From: Hydrolagus colliei | Taxonomy: Eukaryota | NCBI GenBank assembly: GCA_035084275.1 | Contig: CM068749.1 | Location: 16,182,001 to 16,246,000, forward strand | DNA: 64,000 nt | Reading direction: 5' to 3' | Position numbers and translations under genes: made by a program | Notes under the pieces: generated by a model | Told to the model about the DNA's origin: nothing | Database searches by the model: none | Seen by the model: the letters and a program-made list of their open reading frames with translations, nothing else | Shown: positions 51,901 to 64,000 of the stretch, piece by piece | How positions within the stretch are numbered: the first letter of the stretch is position 1 | Layout: every line of letters begins with the position of its first letter

Positions 51901-54900
51901 GGTAGATATTGTACAGTAGGATTAACTTGGTATTTGCATGTGATCATTTGTGTCAGGAGAGTGCTCTTATAATGCATATTATGTGCACTAGGGCCATTTT
52001 TGGATTAACATGTGTTTTCTGAGATGACCGCATTCGTCGTTTGCAAGGCAATGTTCACAGATACAACAAAATATTTGGTTTGATGCTGTGTGTGCATGTG
52101 TGAACATTTCACAGGTGATGTTTTGACTTATTTTATGATAGCATTCATATTGAGGCTTCAAAGAAGGGTATACAAATTAAATACATTTTCTGAACAAGGC
52201 TTAAAAAATCAAAGGGAAATGTACTTTAACAGAGCAGTGCAATTTCAAACAATGTAAGCATCGAGGCAAAGCAGTCATCAAAATATCAAAACTAAAACCG
52301 TTTGCACTTAAAAACCTCTTTAAAAAAATTACATATTGAATTTGACCTTTTGACATCCAACTAAGATTTTCAGACAGGCTGCCTTATAGTCAAGCAAAGA
52401 TGATTCAATAAATGCTAGAATTCTGCCCATCCTTTCATTAACCTTGAATTGAAAAGGCGCCCAAATGTTTTTTCTATCAAATTGCTAAGCAATGAAATGT
52501 GCTGTGATAGCTGCAGCAACAATCAAATAGGTAAAAGGTAAAAGTCTGTCACACAGACGCAAAAGTGGCAGGACTTCGTTCAGTGCTGAATTAGCTCACT
52601 TGGGGCAGTACAATTGGCTTGCAAGTTAATGGATTGAAGAAAGTTTCTTTTAAAATCAGATGGAGTTCCTGATATGGTGAAGAGCACAAAATGTTGCAAC
52701 ATATGTAATATAATTTAACAAGTGGCCATAATTGTGGAATTAAATTGTGGAAGGCAAAGTACTTCATGTTGCTCATTCGCATCATGCTTGTTTTCTGGAT
52801 CATAAACTAGTGGGTACTTCAGTTACAATCTTGCTTTAAAAAAACAAAAGTGCAGTGACTGTTTCATAGACAAGCAAGACAGCTAATCTGAGTCAGTCAT
52901 GTCCTACAGACAACATTAGGTTAATGAACATTTAATCCATTTCCTGTCAACGTTTTGCTCGTTTTGCTCACATTTTTCTGGTCTGTGTCAATTTACAGAT
53001 TCATGCTTCACTAGCTGGGCAAGTTGCACTTCTTGCAAACCAGAAGCTGTGATCACCCCAAAGAATATTGCATTTTCAATACAATTCAATCTGAATTGGA
53101 GCGGAATTAAGAGCTGTTTGTATTGTGAGCAAATGCCTGCTGTTAACTGAGTTGAGATTGCTAAACCTTATACCTAATGATGCTGTATATTTATTCCCCC
53201 AATGAGTGAAACAAAAATTCAGGAATTTTAAAATGTGAAGGATGAATAAAGCTCAATCATGGAGCCAGAGATCCAATATGAAAGCAACATAAAACAAAGC
53301 AGCACTTCTTTGAACTTAAAAATCAAACACTGCTCTCTTTGAGGTAGTTTCCCAGAATTGCTTCCTCTTCGCACTGCCCATCTATGTGTTTGTGTACCTC
53401 ATTTAAGCATGAAAAACTTTCATTTTGATCAAAGTAGTTTTCCTTTTTTTTGGTGAATGATAGACCCAGTGTAGCCTATATTTAGTAGGCAAAATATCAG
53501 ACATCCAACCTAAATAAATGGCTACGTGGTCACTTTAAGTATGTCCAAATGGGGCTGTCTCCAAATTAACTAACCACTTCAATGCATTTTATAACCAAAA
53601 GGGAAAATAGTGTAAGCAAGGGTTGGAGGGAGTTCCTCCTCTGTTCTTCATCAAAGTGTTGAGCACACCATTTTATTTTAAAATTCTCAAGCAAATCCAT
53701 TAGCCGGTCTGCAAAGTGAAAAGACTGTGGGCGAAGGAGTACCTCTTGATTTTTATCAGTTAACTTCACAGCCTAAATTAAAAATATATATATATATCAG
53801 ATGTTACCAGAGGACAGTCTGGTAGCTATAAAATTTGGTGCAATTCTGCATTTTGATCTGTTTGGGCAAAATACAGTCAAAATGATGTGAGACTGTTTCT
53901 TGCCATTTTTGTTACGGACACATAAGTTGGATTGAGATGCATTTGCAAGAATTGATGGTCTGACAATACAAATGACCTCCATTTAAATCATTTTGGTCCA
54001 TATTTCTTCTAGGTCTACAATAAGCACATTATAAGATTCAGTCAAAGGCCTGATGATATATCTTTTGATACCCAACGTCCTATCCTCACTTACTTCAACC
54101 TTTTTGAGGACCATCCTCAAAAACCGTTGCCTGGACGCATTCCTGCTTTCCATTTACCAACCTCATCTCCAACCTCCCTTTCTTATCCAAAGTCCTGAAA
54201 CGAGTCATTGCCTCTCATTGCCTCTCCCTCTGCAAACCCCTCCAATCGTGATCTCCAGTTTTCTGATGAGCATTTGCCAGGAAATAATTTGTTTGCATTT
54301 TTGCACTTCCAATTTTGTGGAGAGACATTGGTGCAGTAAACTTTGGAGATCAAGTGTGTTTTTTGCTTGCATACACACAAGATTGTGCAGTAAACCATTC
54401 CAATTACACATTGTTAATGTGATCACTACGTCATATAGCCCAATGCCCAATCAATGTTCTATTTTATCTTTTAAAGCCCAACTATAACCTCATACATCTT
54501 GCTGTTGTTCTCGAGAGAAGTACTTCTTTGAAAACACTCCCATGAGAATAAGATGCTCTTTGGTACATTATTCTGTCACCTCTACCAGACATGTGGTTCA
54601 TACAAAATATATTTGTTTCAGTAAATGTACTAGATACTAGTCAGAGTGGGGGCAATGTGCCCTTTTGTGTATATCCAGATACTGTTCAGAGCTGAGAGCC
54701 CTGATGGTCCCAGGAGCTGTGTAAAATCCAACCGAAATGTCATTTGCCCCTGTGATCAGACTGGGGTTACAGCCTGGAGAAATTGTTTAACTGTAAGAAA
54801 TATTGGCTGATCTCAGATAATTTTATGTTACTTTGAGGGATGTGAAGGGGCTCAAAAATAGGCCAAAGTGGTGAAGCAGCATGTGTTTTATGTGCTGTAA

Positions 54901-57900
54901 ATGTGATTGAAAGGTTTGATGCGTGTTTCACTGTCTGATATTTCTGTATTTTACCTTGCATAATATTAGATCTGTTTTATTTAGCTCCCTTTTATTGCAC
55001 TGTATTCTTAACTTCAAGTCACCATGACATTTTGAAACAAGGTTACAGAGTGCAGTACTGTATATGTATTTGCAAATGTCTATGATTTTCTTTATTCCAG
55101 TGCTTGATTTTGCAGGACAATATTGGATTTTTTGTCGTTTGATAAATCTACCATGAAATCATTTATAGTCCTTCTTCTAATTATTCCTTCTGGAGTGTTT
55201 CATTTAAAAAAAAGATATTTGCCTATATCTTCCATATTATTCAATTCTTTTCCCACACAGTATGTTTTAGGAGACCTGTCCACAGCAAAACACCTTTGCA
55301 ACATTCATGACCTATAAATGAAGATGCAAAACAAAGAGTTAAACACAACTAATCACTTACAGTTTAATTTCTCTGAATATTTAAATGCCAATGTTAAACG
55401 CAGTAATGAAAACTACCAAATGGGTATCTTTCTATACATATACTTAATATTTTGTTGCAAGCTTAGATTCTGGAATCTGTTGGTTTCAACAGAAATGAAG
55501 CTCAGTCTATCTTTTCATCTTCTTGTACGCAGGAGTATATTAATGTGAATTTTAATGTTTTAGGATTAGGGTAAAATGAGATTCAGCTAGGCTATTTGCT
55601 ACAATGTGCACAGAAATTCAGTAAAAAAACTATCGACACATCAAAGAGGTGAACATGGATTGCAGCGAATCTCTAGTCATTAGCTTTGAATTCCTAAATT
55701 AATGGAGCTGTGATATAAACAGCGACTTGGACCAAAGAAGCAAATTAAATTTGAATGAAAATTATTCATATTTAATTTGCTGTATTCCGATTGTATAATG
55801 TCTTTTGTTCTGCACAGGCTCACCTTTCTTAATCCTCGATATCTTTCTCTCTGTTTTCTCTTCCTGCTTCCTCTGTAGCCCTTCTGCATTATTTAATTCT
55901 CCTGTTCCCACTTGCACACACACATTTTGTGGAAATAGCTGTAATTCCCATTGCAGTACTTGAGCTCTCAAAAGAGCTGCTCATGTCTTGCAGTATATCC
56001 ACTATTCTGGAGACATCTAGTCTCTAAAGGTAGTGAAGTAGATTAATCAAGCAACCGTATACAACTATAATGTAAATTTCACACACATAACCCAATAATT
56101 GGAACAATTCTGCCCAGAAAGATGCATTTATCTGCTAGTCATTCCTCATGCCTCCTGATTGGGATCAGACTTCTCCTCTGTACAGTATTACAACGAATGT
56201 AATGCTTTTCCTGGATGTGCTTCTAATATTTTTTGCATTCCATCATCAAGAAAGAAATGAATATCCATTAAATTGCTATGGTAGAAGAATGTTTGTTTTC
56301 TTTGTCTTTATTGTCTCTCTTTTCCTCCTCTTCTTGCAAGAACATAAACCAGGTGAGGCTCTGTGACACTATTGTATGTACTAAACTTTGCCCTTAGGGT
56401 TATGGTTCAAAAATCCCAAATAATGATACATTGTGTGGAACCCTTTAACTTCTATCTTTCAATGTCCAGAAGCTATCTTTCTTTAGAAAAGCTATACATT
56501 TGAAATTTTTGAAGGGTGTACCACATTTCATTTTCCATGACCGTTGAAGGAACACAACCCTTTTTGTAGAAACTTAGAACAAGTGCTACTATGTCCTTTC
56601 ATTTTATGAAAGGAAATGAGCTCATGGTGACTTGTCAAACCATAGTCTGGGTAAATCTTGCTTCATTGTCAAATCTCTTAACTTGTGCTTTTGGATTACA
56701 CTCCCAACTGAGAAAATACATCCTGCTGATTGAACAGTGAACTGTGTACATTTTAAGGATTTGATGTTTCTTAGAAGCGATATGAGATTTTGGGGTTGAG
56801 GATTTTTCCTTAACTTAGCTTCTTTACACTCAATTCTTGAATAGTATTTTCGAAGGCTATTGCATTGCATGGTTATTGAGCAAAACAATATTTTTAAATG
56901 CTAAATGAAATAATATTTTCCACTTCTCCTTGATGGTGGAACAATCCATTCAAGGCTAATCTATTCAAGTGGATGGCTAAATGTATTTTCTAAAATCAGG
57001 GTAGATGTGGTCTGGGTTAATTAATAACAGCAACAAAACAAAATTACATTTGTATAGCGCCATTCACATTGGGAGGATGTAATTAAGTACAATCTACCAA
57101 CTTGCATAGAGGAACTTCTTGAGGAAAATGTACTTTGATGAGCAGATCAATTGATAAGCAAGTCTGTTAGCTGGCATGTTGTAGAAGAAAGAATAAATGA
57201 TTAATCAGTGATGATTTTATTCTTTGAAAGCATCTTCTAAATGCTGTCATGTTGTCTGCCGGAGTAGAGTTACTATATGAATGTGCAAACACTTGCCATG
57301 TGTGTGACCAGGGAAGGCATGCATCAACATGAAATTGAGCTTCCAAAGAATGTAGAGGCACCACAATGGCTGTCCTGTATCCAGCAAGGGTGAATTTTTC
57401 CACCTCTGCATCCCCATCTGGGAAGAGGGTGAGAGGGTGGGGGAATTATGAACAGGGCCCTTTATCTGATAAAAGGTAGGCTACTGCATTGAGAGATCTT
57501 TTTATTTTAATACATCAGTTTTCAAATGTGTCCTAAATAGCAGCAGTAAAATGTGATGCAAAAAAAACTTAAAAGCAGCAAAGTTGATGAAGTTATGGAG
57601 TAGAGATGCTTAAGTTAAGTTTCTGTAACTGTGTCTAATTAGAAGCAAAGGGCCAGGAAGATAAAGGAGCTTATTAAGGGCTTAACATGTTCCATAGAGT
57701 ATGTAGTTTCAGCTGGAATCTTTGTGTGGGTTTGGACTTATTTGGTCCTCTGCTATGTGTGTACCCCCTGGCTAATGGAATTCCTGCTGTATGTGCTGAC
57801 TTGGTTCAAGTTTGATTTGTGCTCTGTTGCATGTCACAGTTAATACATTCTTGTGTGTTAAACAATCTTGAAAAGAGAGCATTCTGCGGGCGTTGCATTT

Positions 57901-58592
57901 TGCAGATGTTTTGGAACATATCAAATAATGAATGGTAAATTTAAGATATATATATAAATATGGACTCTATTGCAGAGAAAGAGATAATACAATAATACAA
58001 GCTGAAGACACAGTACATCTGTAAATCATCATTGATAATTGATTATTGCCGATAAAACTATTTTGTCCTTTGATATTTGGTGGTTAATGTGTCAGGGTAA
58101 ATGTACTTGAATGATGGTCAAAATTTAATGAAAAACTATTAATGTATTACTTCAGAGGAGGAGAAATATCATATGGAAATCTGATCAGATATCCATCATT
58201 GGAGAAATCTGTATACTGGACATAGAAATACAGATTCCAATACAGAATGATCTTTACCATCTCATTCATCTCATTTTGTGATATGGGTTTAAGTTAACTT
58301 GGACAAACAGAAAAAGTCACAAACAAAAACAATTTACATTTATATTCTGCCTTTCATGTCGGGTGGCTGTCTCAAAGGATTCCAATATCTAATGAGCAAT
58401 AAACATCACGGATGAAGTGAGATTGGGGATTCACAATATATTTCCTCCTGGACAAGAGTTCAATCATACAGCTGTTTATAATTTGGGGGTTAAGTAGGGA
58501 AAGTTCCAACAAAATCTTTATCCTGTTTTTTATCTGCCCTGGGAGTACTTAATGTTTGTAATTGAGGAGAAATGTTTCCATCACACTCATTC

Positions 58593-58647
58593 AGAAGACA
58601 TGAAAAGCATTAGATCAAATGCAAGGATTATTATTCTAATAATAATA
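58593..58647 (+). repeat. SINE tail fragment
   Basis: agaagacatgaaaagcattagatcaaatgcaaggattattatt. Confidence 0.6.
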
Positions 58648-59849
58648 CATGGGTCGCTTAGTAAATAAAATCATTTTTTTTAAAAACTAGCATTCTTACA
58701 TTTCTTCCAGTAAAAATGGATTTCAGAAAGACCAAAGTGATGTGTTTGTATTATTGAAGGAAGAGAGTGTGATTTTAATGTAAGAAACATCTGGACCTAA
58801 AATGTTATTAATGGATCTTGTTATTACCAAAATTATTTGCTCACAAACACTTTGGTCTGATCACTTTTTTATTCTACAGCATAACTGTATGTCACATTCA
58901 TTTAAATGAAAGTCTCAATTTACTCACCAATATGTTTCTATAGACAGGCCCGTTAAGTGTTCAATGATGTCTATGGCCGCAAGGTCTAGACCAATAAAAC
59001 TCTTTTTTAAAATTTTGAACTGCAAGATCATAAAAACTAATATTGGATATTTGGGATGAGTGCCCGATAAGGAATTTGTAGGTGAATGTGCACATTGTCT
59101 CCATCATATTCTGTCTGTGCTTTCTCTTAAATCAAGTAAGGCCATATTTACAGAGCAGAATTTGGTGTCTGGAAATTATCACTGATTTGCAAAGACAGCA
59201 TAGATCAAACCTTCCATAAAACATAGATCAAGCTTTCCATAAAATATATACATTTTAGTATACATACATCAGATCATGATATCTGCAGTATTTTGTTATC
59301 GGTTGAAGAAAATGTAATGAAAGGGAGTTGACTCTGTCTTTTATATACATTCTTGAGGCTATATTTATGGAAGATTATTCCTGTGGTAAGAACTTTGCCT
59401 GAAGATCCAAATTAAAATCATAATCTGAACCAGTTTCGATTGAATTAATAATACTTGAACGCCTGGAGCTCCTCCAATGTGCCAGTAATATAAGTACTGC
59501 CTGGAGTAATGCTGGGAAAGTTGCAAGTCTGAATCCAGGTTTGTGCAGATGAGTCAGATGATCTCAGGCACAACAATTTCTTATAGTGCCTCTTTGTTAA
59601 CAAGGGAAATATTGTCTAAGATTGCTGCCCCTGACTGGTGTCCAGGAGCCCAACTGGATAGTATGTGCATATGTGTGTGTGTGTGGATGAAGACAGATTT
59701 AGGTTGGGAGGGTCAAATAACTTGTAAATACTCACTGCGCAAGCTCACACAAGAATAATTATCACTTGGGTGGGGTACTAGAAGGTGGTTAATGCTATTG
59801 AATGGTGGAAGTACAGTCATTTTTTTCATTCATGGCATATTTTTTTAAA

Positions 59850-60155
59850 TGTGGGAAGAGGAAGTTGACAGCGGGTTGTATTCGGACATTTCAACTTTGG
59901 GGCAAGGGTTCGAAACCTGATCCTGAAAGTTCCATCTACGGTAATTTCTTAACTGTACGTTCCATGTGAATTGACTGGGATGCCGTAACCAAGCTCCCAG
60001 CGGACAGTAGTTCAGAGCACAAAATTGTTCTTAATTCGGCACTCGTCAGCAATCTTATTCAGAGTGGCCATATGATGACTGGTGTGAAAAATGACACACT
60101 AGTGCAGTACATAATCCTTTTCTGTGGTTTGAGCTGAGATTCATGTAGAGGTCCT
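59850..60155 (+). mobile_element. LF-SINE-like ancient SINE relic
   Basis: B-box GGTTCGAAACC at 59907-59917, then blocks resembling the recalled LF-SINE consensus in the expected order. Confidence 0.5.
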
Positions 60156-62464
60156 TTGAATTGACAGGAATTCTAACGGGATTCCTTATTAAACAATCCC
60201 ATTAAGAAATAGACCACAATATGGATATGAAGTAAGGTGATAGTTTTTCATATTCTTGCTATGTAGTGCTTTTTCAGACTCCATCTGGAATGGCTATATT
60301 CATTGAGTCACTCAGGAATGTTCAAGGTGATTTATTGATTCACTTGTGCATTGCCTGGAGAATATATTAGTTGCCCAACGTAAGCACAGCAGCAATGGAA
60401 AATTAACTAAGCTTTTTTAGGCATTGCTGCCTATCCCAATATCCTGTAGTGCAGTTGACTATACCCACATAACCGCCCTCACAGCTATTCAGAATACTTT
60501 GTTTCCATGAGAGGAATATTTTCCATTCGATAAATGGGTAACGGGTGGCATTTCAATTGATTAACATTACAGTGGAATTCCGTATGTGTCATTTTCTTTG
60601 ACTTCAATGATAGCTTGTTCAAAAGCTATTAAAATTTGATGAGATATTTCTGGAAGAGGAAGACTGGCAGGTACCTGTAGCTACCTCTGTCTGTAAGTGT
60701 CTGCGTCTCTATACAAAATACCAAATCTCTCCGGTGATATTGTCTGATGTTGTGGCTTATTATACCAATTTTGAATATGCAACCTCCCATAAGAGAAAAG
60801 ATTTAGATGTGCAGATACTATAAAATCCATACTTTGAGTGCATTGAAATTACAAATTTGATCTCAGATTGATCCATTGTTGGATCAAAATCTATATTGGG
60901 CAAAATACTGCAAATTTCTAGTTGCCATTACATCCCGAACAACATGGCAATACTGACATGTTACCTTTTGGAAAGAAACAAAGGTAGTCATTTAGTAGAT
61001 ATGCTTTTATTGCAATAAGTTAATGCTGCTGTTTGCAGAATATTTTTCCCATTGGATAAATGGTCACTTGTATTAACAGTCGAGTGTAATGCAAGCAAGA
61101 TAACCTACTATGAAAGTATTAGTGTCTCAAGCGCTTCACAAGTAATTACTGACAGATAGTAACTAATCTCTTTAAGCAAACAAGTGTAAGAGTAACTATA
61201 GTGCCTGAGGAAAATGTAGCTGCTGAGAAAATGACAATTCAGGCCAGGAATGTCACCTTGAAATGGTTATACAGAGGCAAATAATTCATCATGTTTATGA
61301 AGGCTGCCACAAAACAAGATGGCATTGTGACCCATCTGAAAAGATCATCTCAAAGAAATGACATAGTCCGAAGAGAACTTAACATATGTATTTAACTACA
61401 TTAATATAACTGCTAATCTATCCTTCTGAGCATTGCAGTGTTTTTCTAAATCACTTTGAACATTCCTGGCTGACGCTCACACAAGGAGAAAGGGAATCTT
61501 TCTAGTTGCTTATTATTTTTACTTGCATATATGAAAGTATTGAACACGTATTACTACCGTATCTAGATGTTTCCTCTCTTTGGGTTCTTAGGAGAACATT
61601 TGATTCATTGGGTCATTTTATTTTTATAGCGTAAATTGGATTCAGTTAACTTGACCTTGGTCAAAGAGGACGTGAAGCAAAGAAGCAAATCTGACCAATC
61701 CATACTCCATTGACTGAATATCACCTCATTGATCTTTTGCAGTCGTACTCCCTGCTCACTCCTTCCACCTGATTAATTGGAAATATGATGTTAGTGGTGC
61801 CACTTCAATAATATTGTACGAAATGTATTACTATTTCAATTTGAGCTCCTTCAGAATATAAGGTAAAAAGTAAACTTATTGGAGTCTTCATTATCGCTGT
61901 AGTATTAAGAACTCCACAGTCGTCTACTTTACACACTGAACCTCCATGTCACACTGAAAGGAATGTTTCTACTTTTAAAGCAGAAAATATGTGAAATAAT
62001 CTACTGGTAGATATATTTTATTTGCTGAGTAGTAAATATTTTTGTTTGGTCAGCCAAGTGTCTGACACATGCAGAAAACCATCACTATGATAAGGAGTAT
62101 TCACACCAGACAGAGTTCTACCTAGGCATTGAAATTTCTCTGTGGCTGGTGTGGAATGTTCACTCAGTGGGATGAATCCTACTTATCCTATTCTGAAGTG
62201 TACTAGGCACATGTTGGTGAGAGTCAAGGTTTGGGGACCCTATTTGGGTTTTGTGAGAGCTTAACCAGCTAAAACCCCAAAGCTTTCCATTGAGAGTGTT
62301 GTCTGCCAAGCTTCCTGCTCCTTGTTCAGCTGGGATCCCACCGCTAACAGTGGTTTTGCATTGCATTGGTAATGGGAACTCAGTGGAACGCACCCCTGCA
62401 TCAATGCTGACTTCTAATTTCATATCATGGCTCAGTTAAATTGCAAATACGTGTTGTTGCAAGA

Positions 62465-62572
62465 TTTCGCCCACAAAATATACAGTCAATTCACTTTACA
62501 GTATATTCTGTGAAGCGCTTTGAAACGTCTCCATGATGTATAAAGGCACTATAATCAAACGAAAGATTATTG
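62465..62572 (+). repeat. SINE 3' fragment
   Basis: cgcccacaaaatatacagtcaattcactttacagtatattctgtgaagcgctttgaaacgtct...gattatt. Confidence 0.8.
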
Positions 62573-64000
62573 TGAGGATTATCTCTTGCCATCAGGTTCA
62601 AATGATTTCTGGGAAATTAGTTTAACATAAGTATTTCAGATTACTTGAATCAAACTGATCTGTCACTGCTTGTATTGTAACTAATGTGCAGATAACATTT
62701 TAGACATCTTTAAAAAGAACTCAAGGGATTCCATTTACCACCTTCAAATTCTGGAAAAGAGCTGACTTTCCCATTGACTCTTTAATTGCATACTTCAATG
62801 GCAGCCCTCTGGAGACCAGTGAGCTAAGTTCTCTGCATGATCTTAAGCACACATGGACCAAGTTCTGTTTCCTTGACTCAAGGGTGATGAGATCAGCCTG
62901 TAAAGCCACATCTGCTCACTTGTAACACACACTGTCACTAAATTTCATTTTGTGGAATCTTGGATTAAGATGTCTGGTATAGTTTTGCATGTTACACAAG
63001 ACAATGAATGATCATTTAAGCTCCAAGTAAAGCCATTTTCTCTTTATTTCTGCAAATTTTGAGGCTGTGAAATATTCCTTTACAAATGTGAATTTAATTT
63101 ACTGCTGAAGTCGAAACATTTTTAACTGTTGCCAAATATTGTTAGTGCGCTTGTCATCTATCTTGGTCAGAATGAAAGCATTGCAAACATTCATGCAGAT
63201 GTGTCCATTGAACTATATCCACTGCTGCCCATTATTACAGGGAAAAGAAAATATGTTTGACCTGAAAGTTTTCAATGAAATTAAACATTGTTTACTTTCT
63301 TATGCATTGCTAATTAAAAAAAATTACAGGTTATTGTCTGCATTAAAATCAATAGAGCTGAGAATTGCAGTAATAATATTGCAAATAATGTTGAAAAATT
63401 GCCATTCTGTATGATTATTCTAACTCTCGCATTTACTATAATTTTCTATCCTTACAAGGAATTATCCGGAATCTCAGAAGATGGGTGTCTGTCCGTGCAT
63501 ATGTACATATAATTATGCTGCAGTTATTATTTTGCTTTCCCTGATAGGCAGCAAATCTCAATAAGCCAATCTTGTTGCCCTGCTGAATTGCAATGCAATT
63601 ACTTTTCATTTGTATGCATGCAAGGAATTAACTCGTATCTGATTTCTTCCAAATCCAGGTTTATAACGGTTTGATAAGTGAACATCATTTTTTGGTCACT
63701 CTCCCTCTCTCTCATCTGTTTCCTTTTTTTCCAGTGAGCTCAAATCTGCTTGATAATGTCATGTGAAAATATGTGTTTATACTGTACAATTGTATTACGG
63801 GGAAAGTAGGAAGTATTATATCAGATGGTATTTGTGGCCATCATTCCCTTGACTTTTTCAGTGTTTTTTTGTAAATGCACATAACAATCTGAACGAAACA
63901 GAGCTCCTTGCATCAGCAGTGTATTTATTTTGCTATTCATAGGGGAGTTTAGTCCAATTTTTCTAATTTAACTGTGAGAGCTCTGGTGAATATGGAAGCA

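Noticed and set aside
40603-54487. Longer desert ORFs (149 aa at 40603, 114 aa at 46015, 144 aa at 54053)
   Set aside because: No recognisable motifs or consistent exon structure, and several start at non-ATG codons; consistent with random ORFs
59198-59244. Short tandem duplication (catagatcaa..ttccataaaa x2); similar ones at ~3397 and ~11329
   Set aside because: Ordinary slippage duplications, with no CRISPR-like repeat-spacer periodicity

Overview
Vertebrate genomic DNA, AT-rich. The first ~31.5 kb holds the 3' half of the adhesion GPCR latrophilin-2 gene (ADGRL2/LPHN2) on the + strand. I read out 13 main coding exons with GT-AG ends and compatible phases, covering the GAIN domain, the GPS autoproteolysis site HL|T, the 7TM region and a tail ending in the PDZ motif VTSL. 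A 3'UTR with two AATAAA signals follows. Several short alternative exons missed by the ORF track are visible: 45-nt and 27-nt ICL3 cassettes, an 18/52-nt dual-donor exon and a stop-containing cassette. Together they let the last exon be entered in all three frames, giving PDZ-tail, short and truncated C-termini. The remaining ~32 kb has no supportable coding exons and looks like a gene desert. It contains decayed tRNA-derived SINEs, L2 and CR1 LINE ends, hAT-like MITEs, an LF-SINE-like relic and candidate enhancers. The repeat types and compact introns suggest a cartilaginous fish, possibly a holocephalan (inference only). Comparisons to mammalian proteins and repeat consensus sequences are from memory, not from searches. 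I found no evidence of a wholly new multi-gene system; the most notable signal is the splicing-encoded C-terminal switch of ADGRL2.
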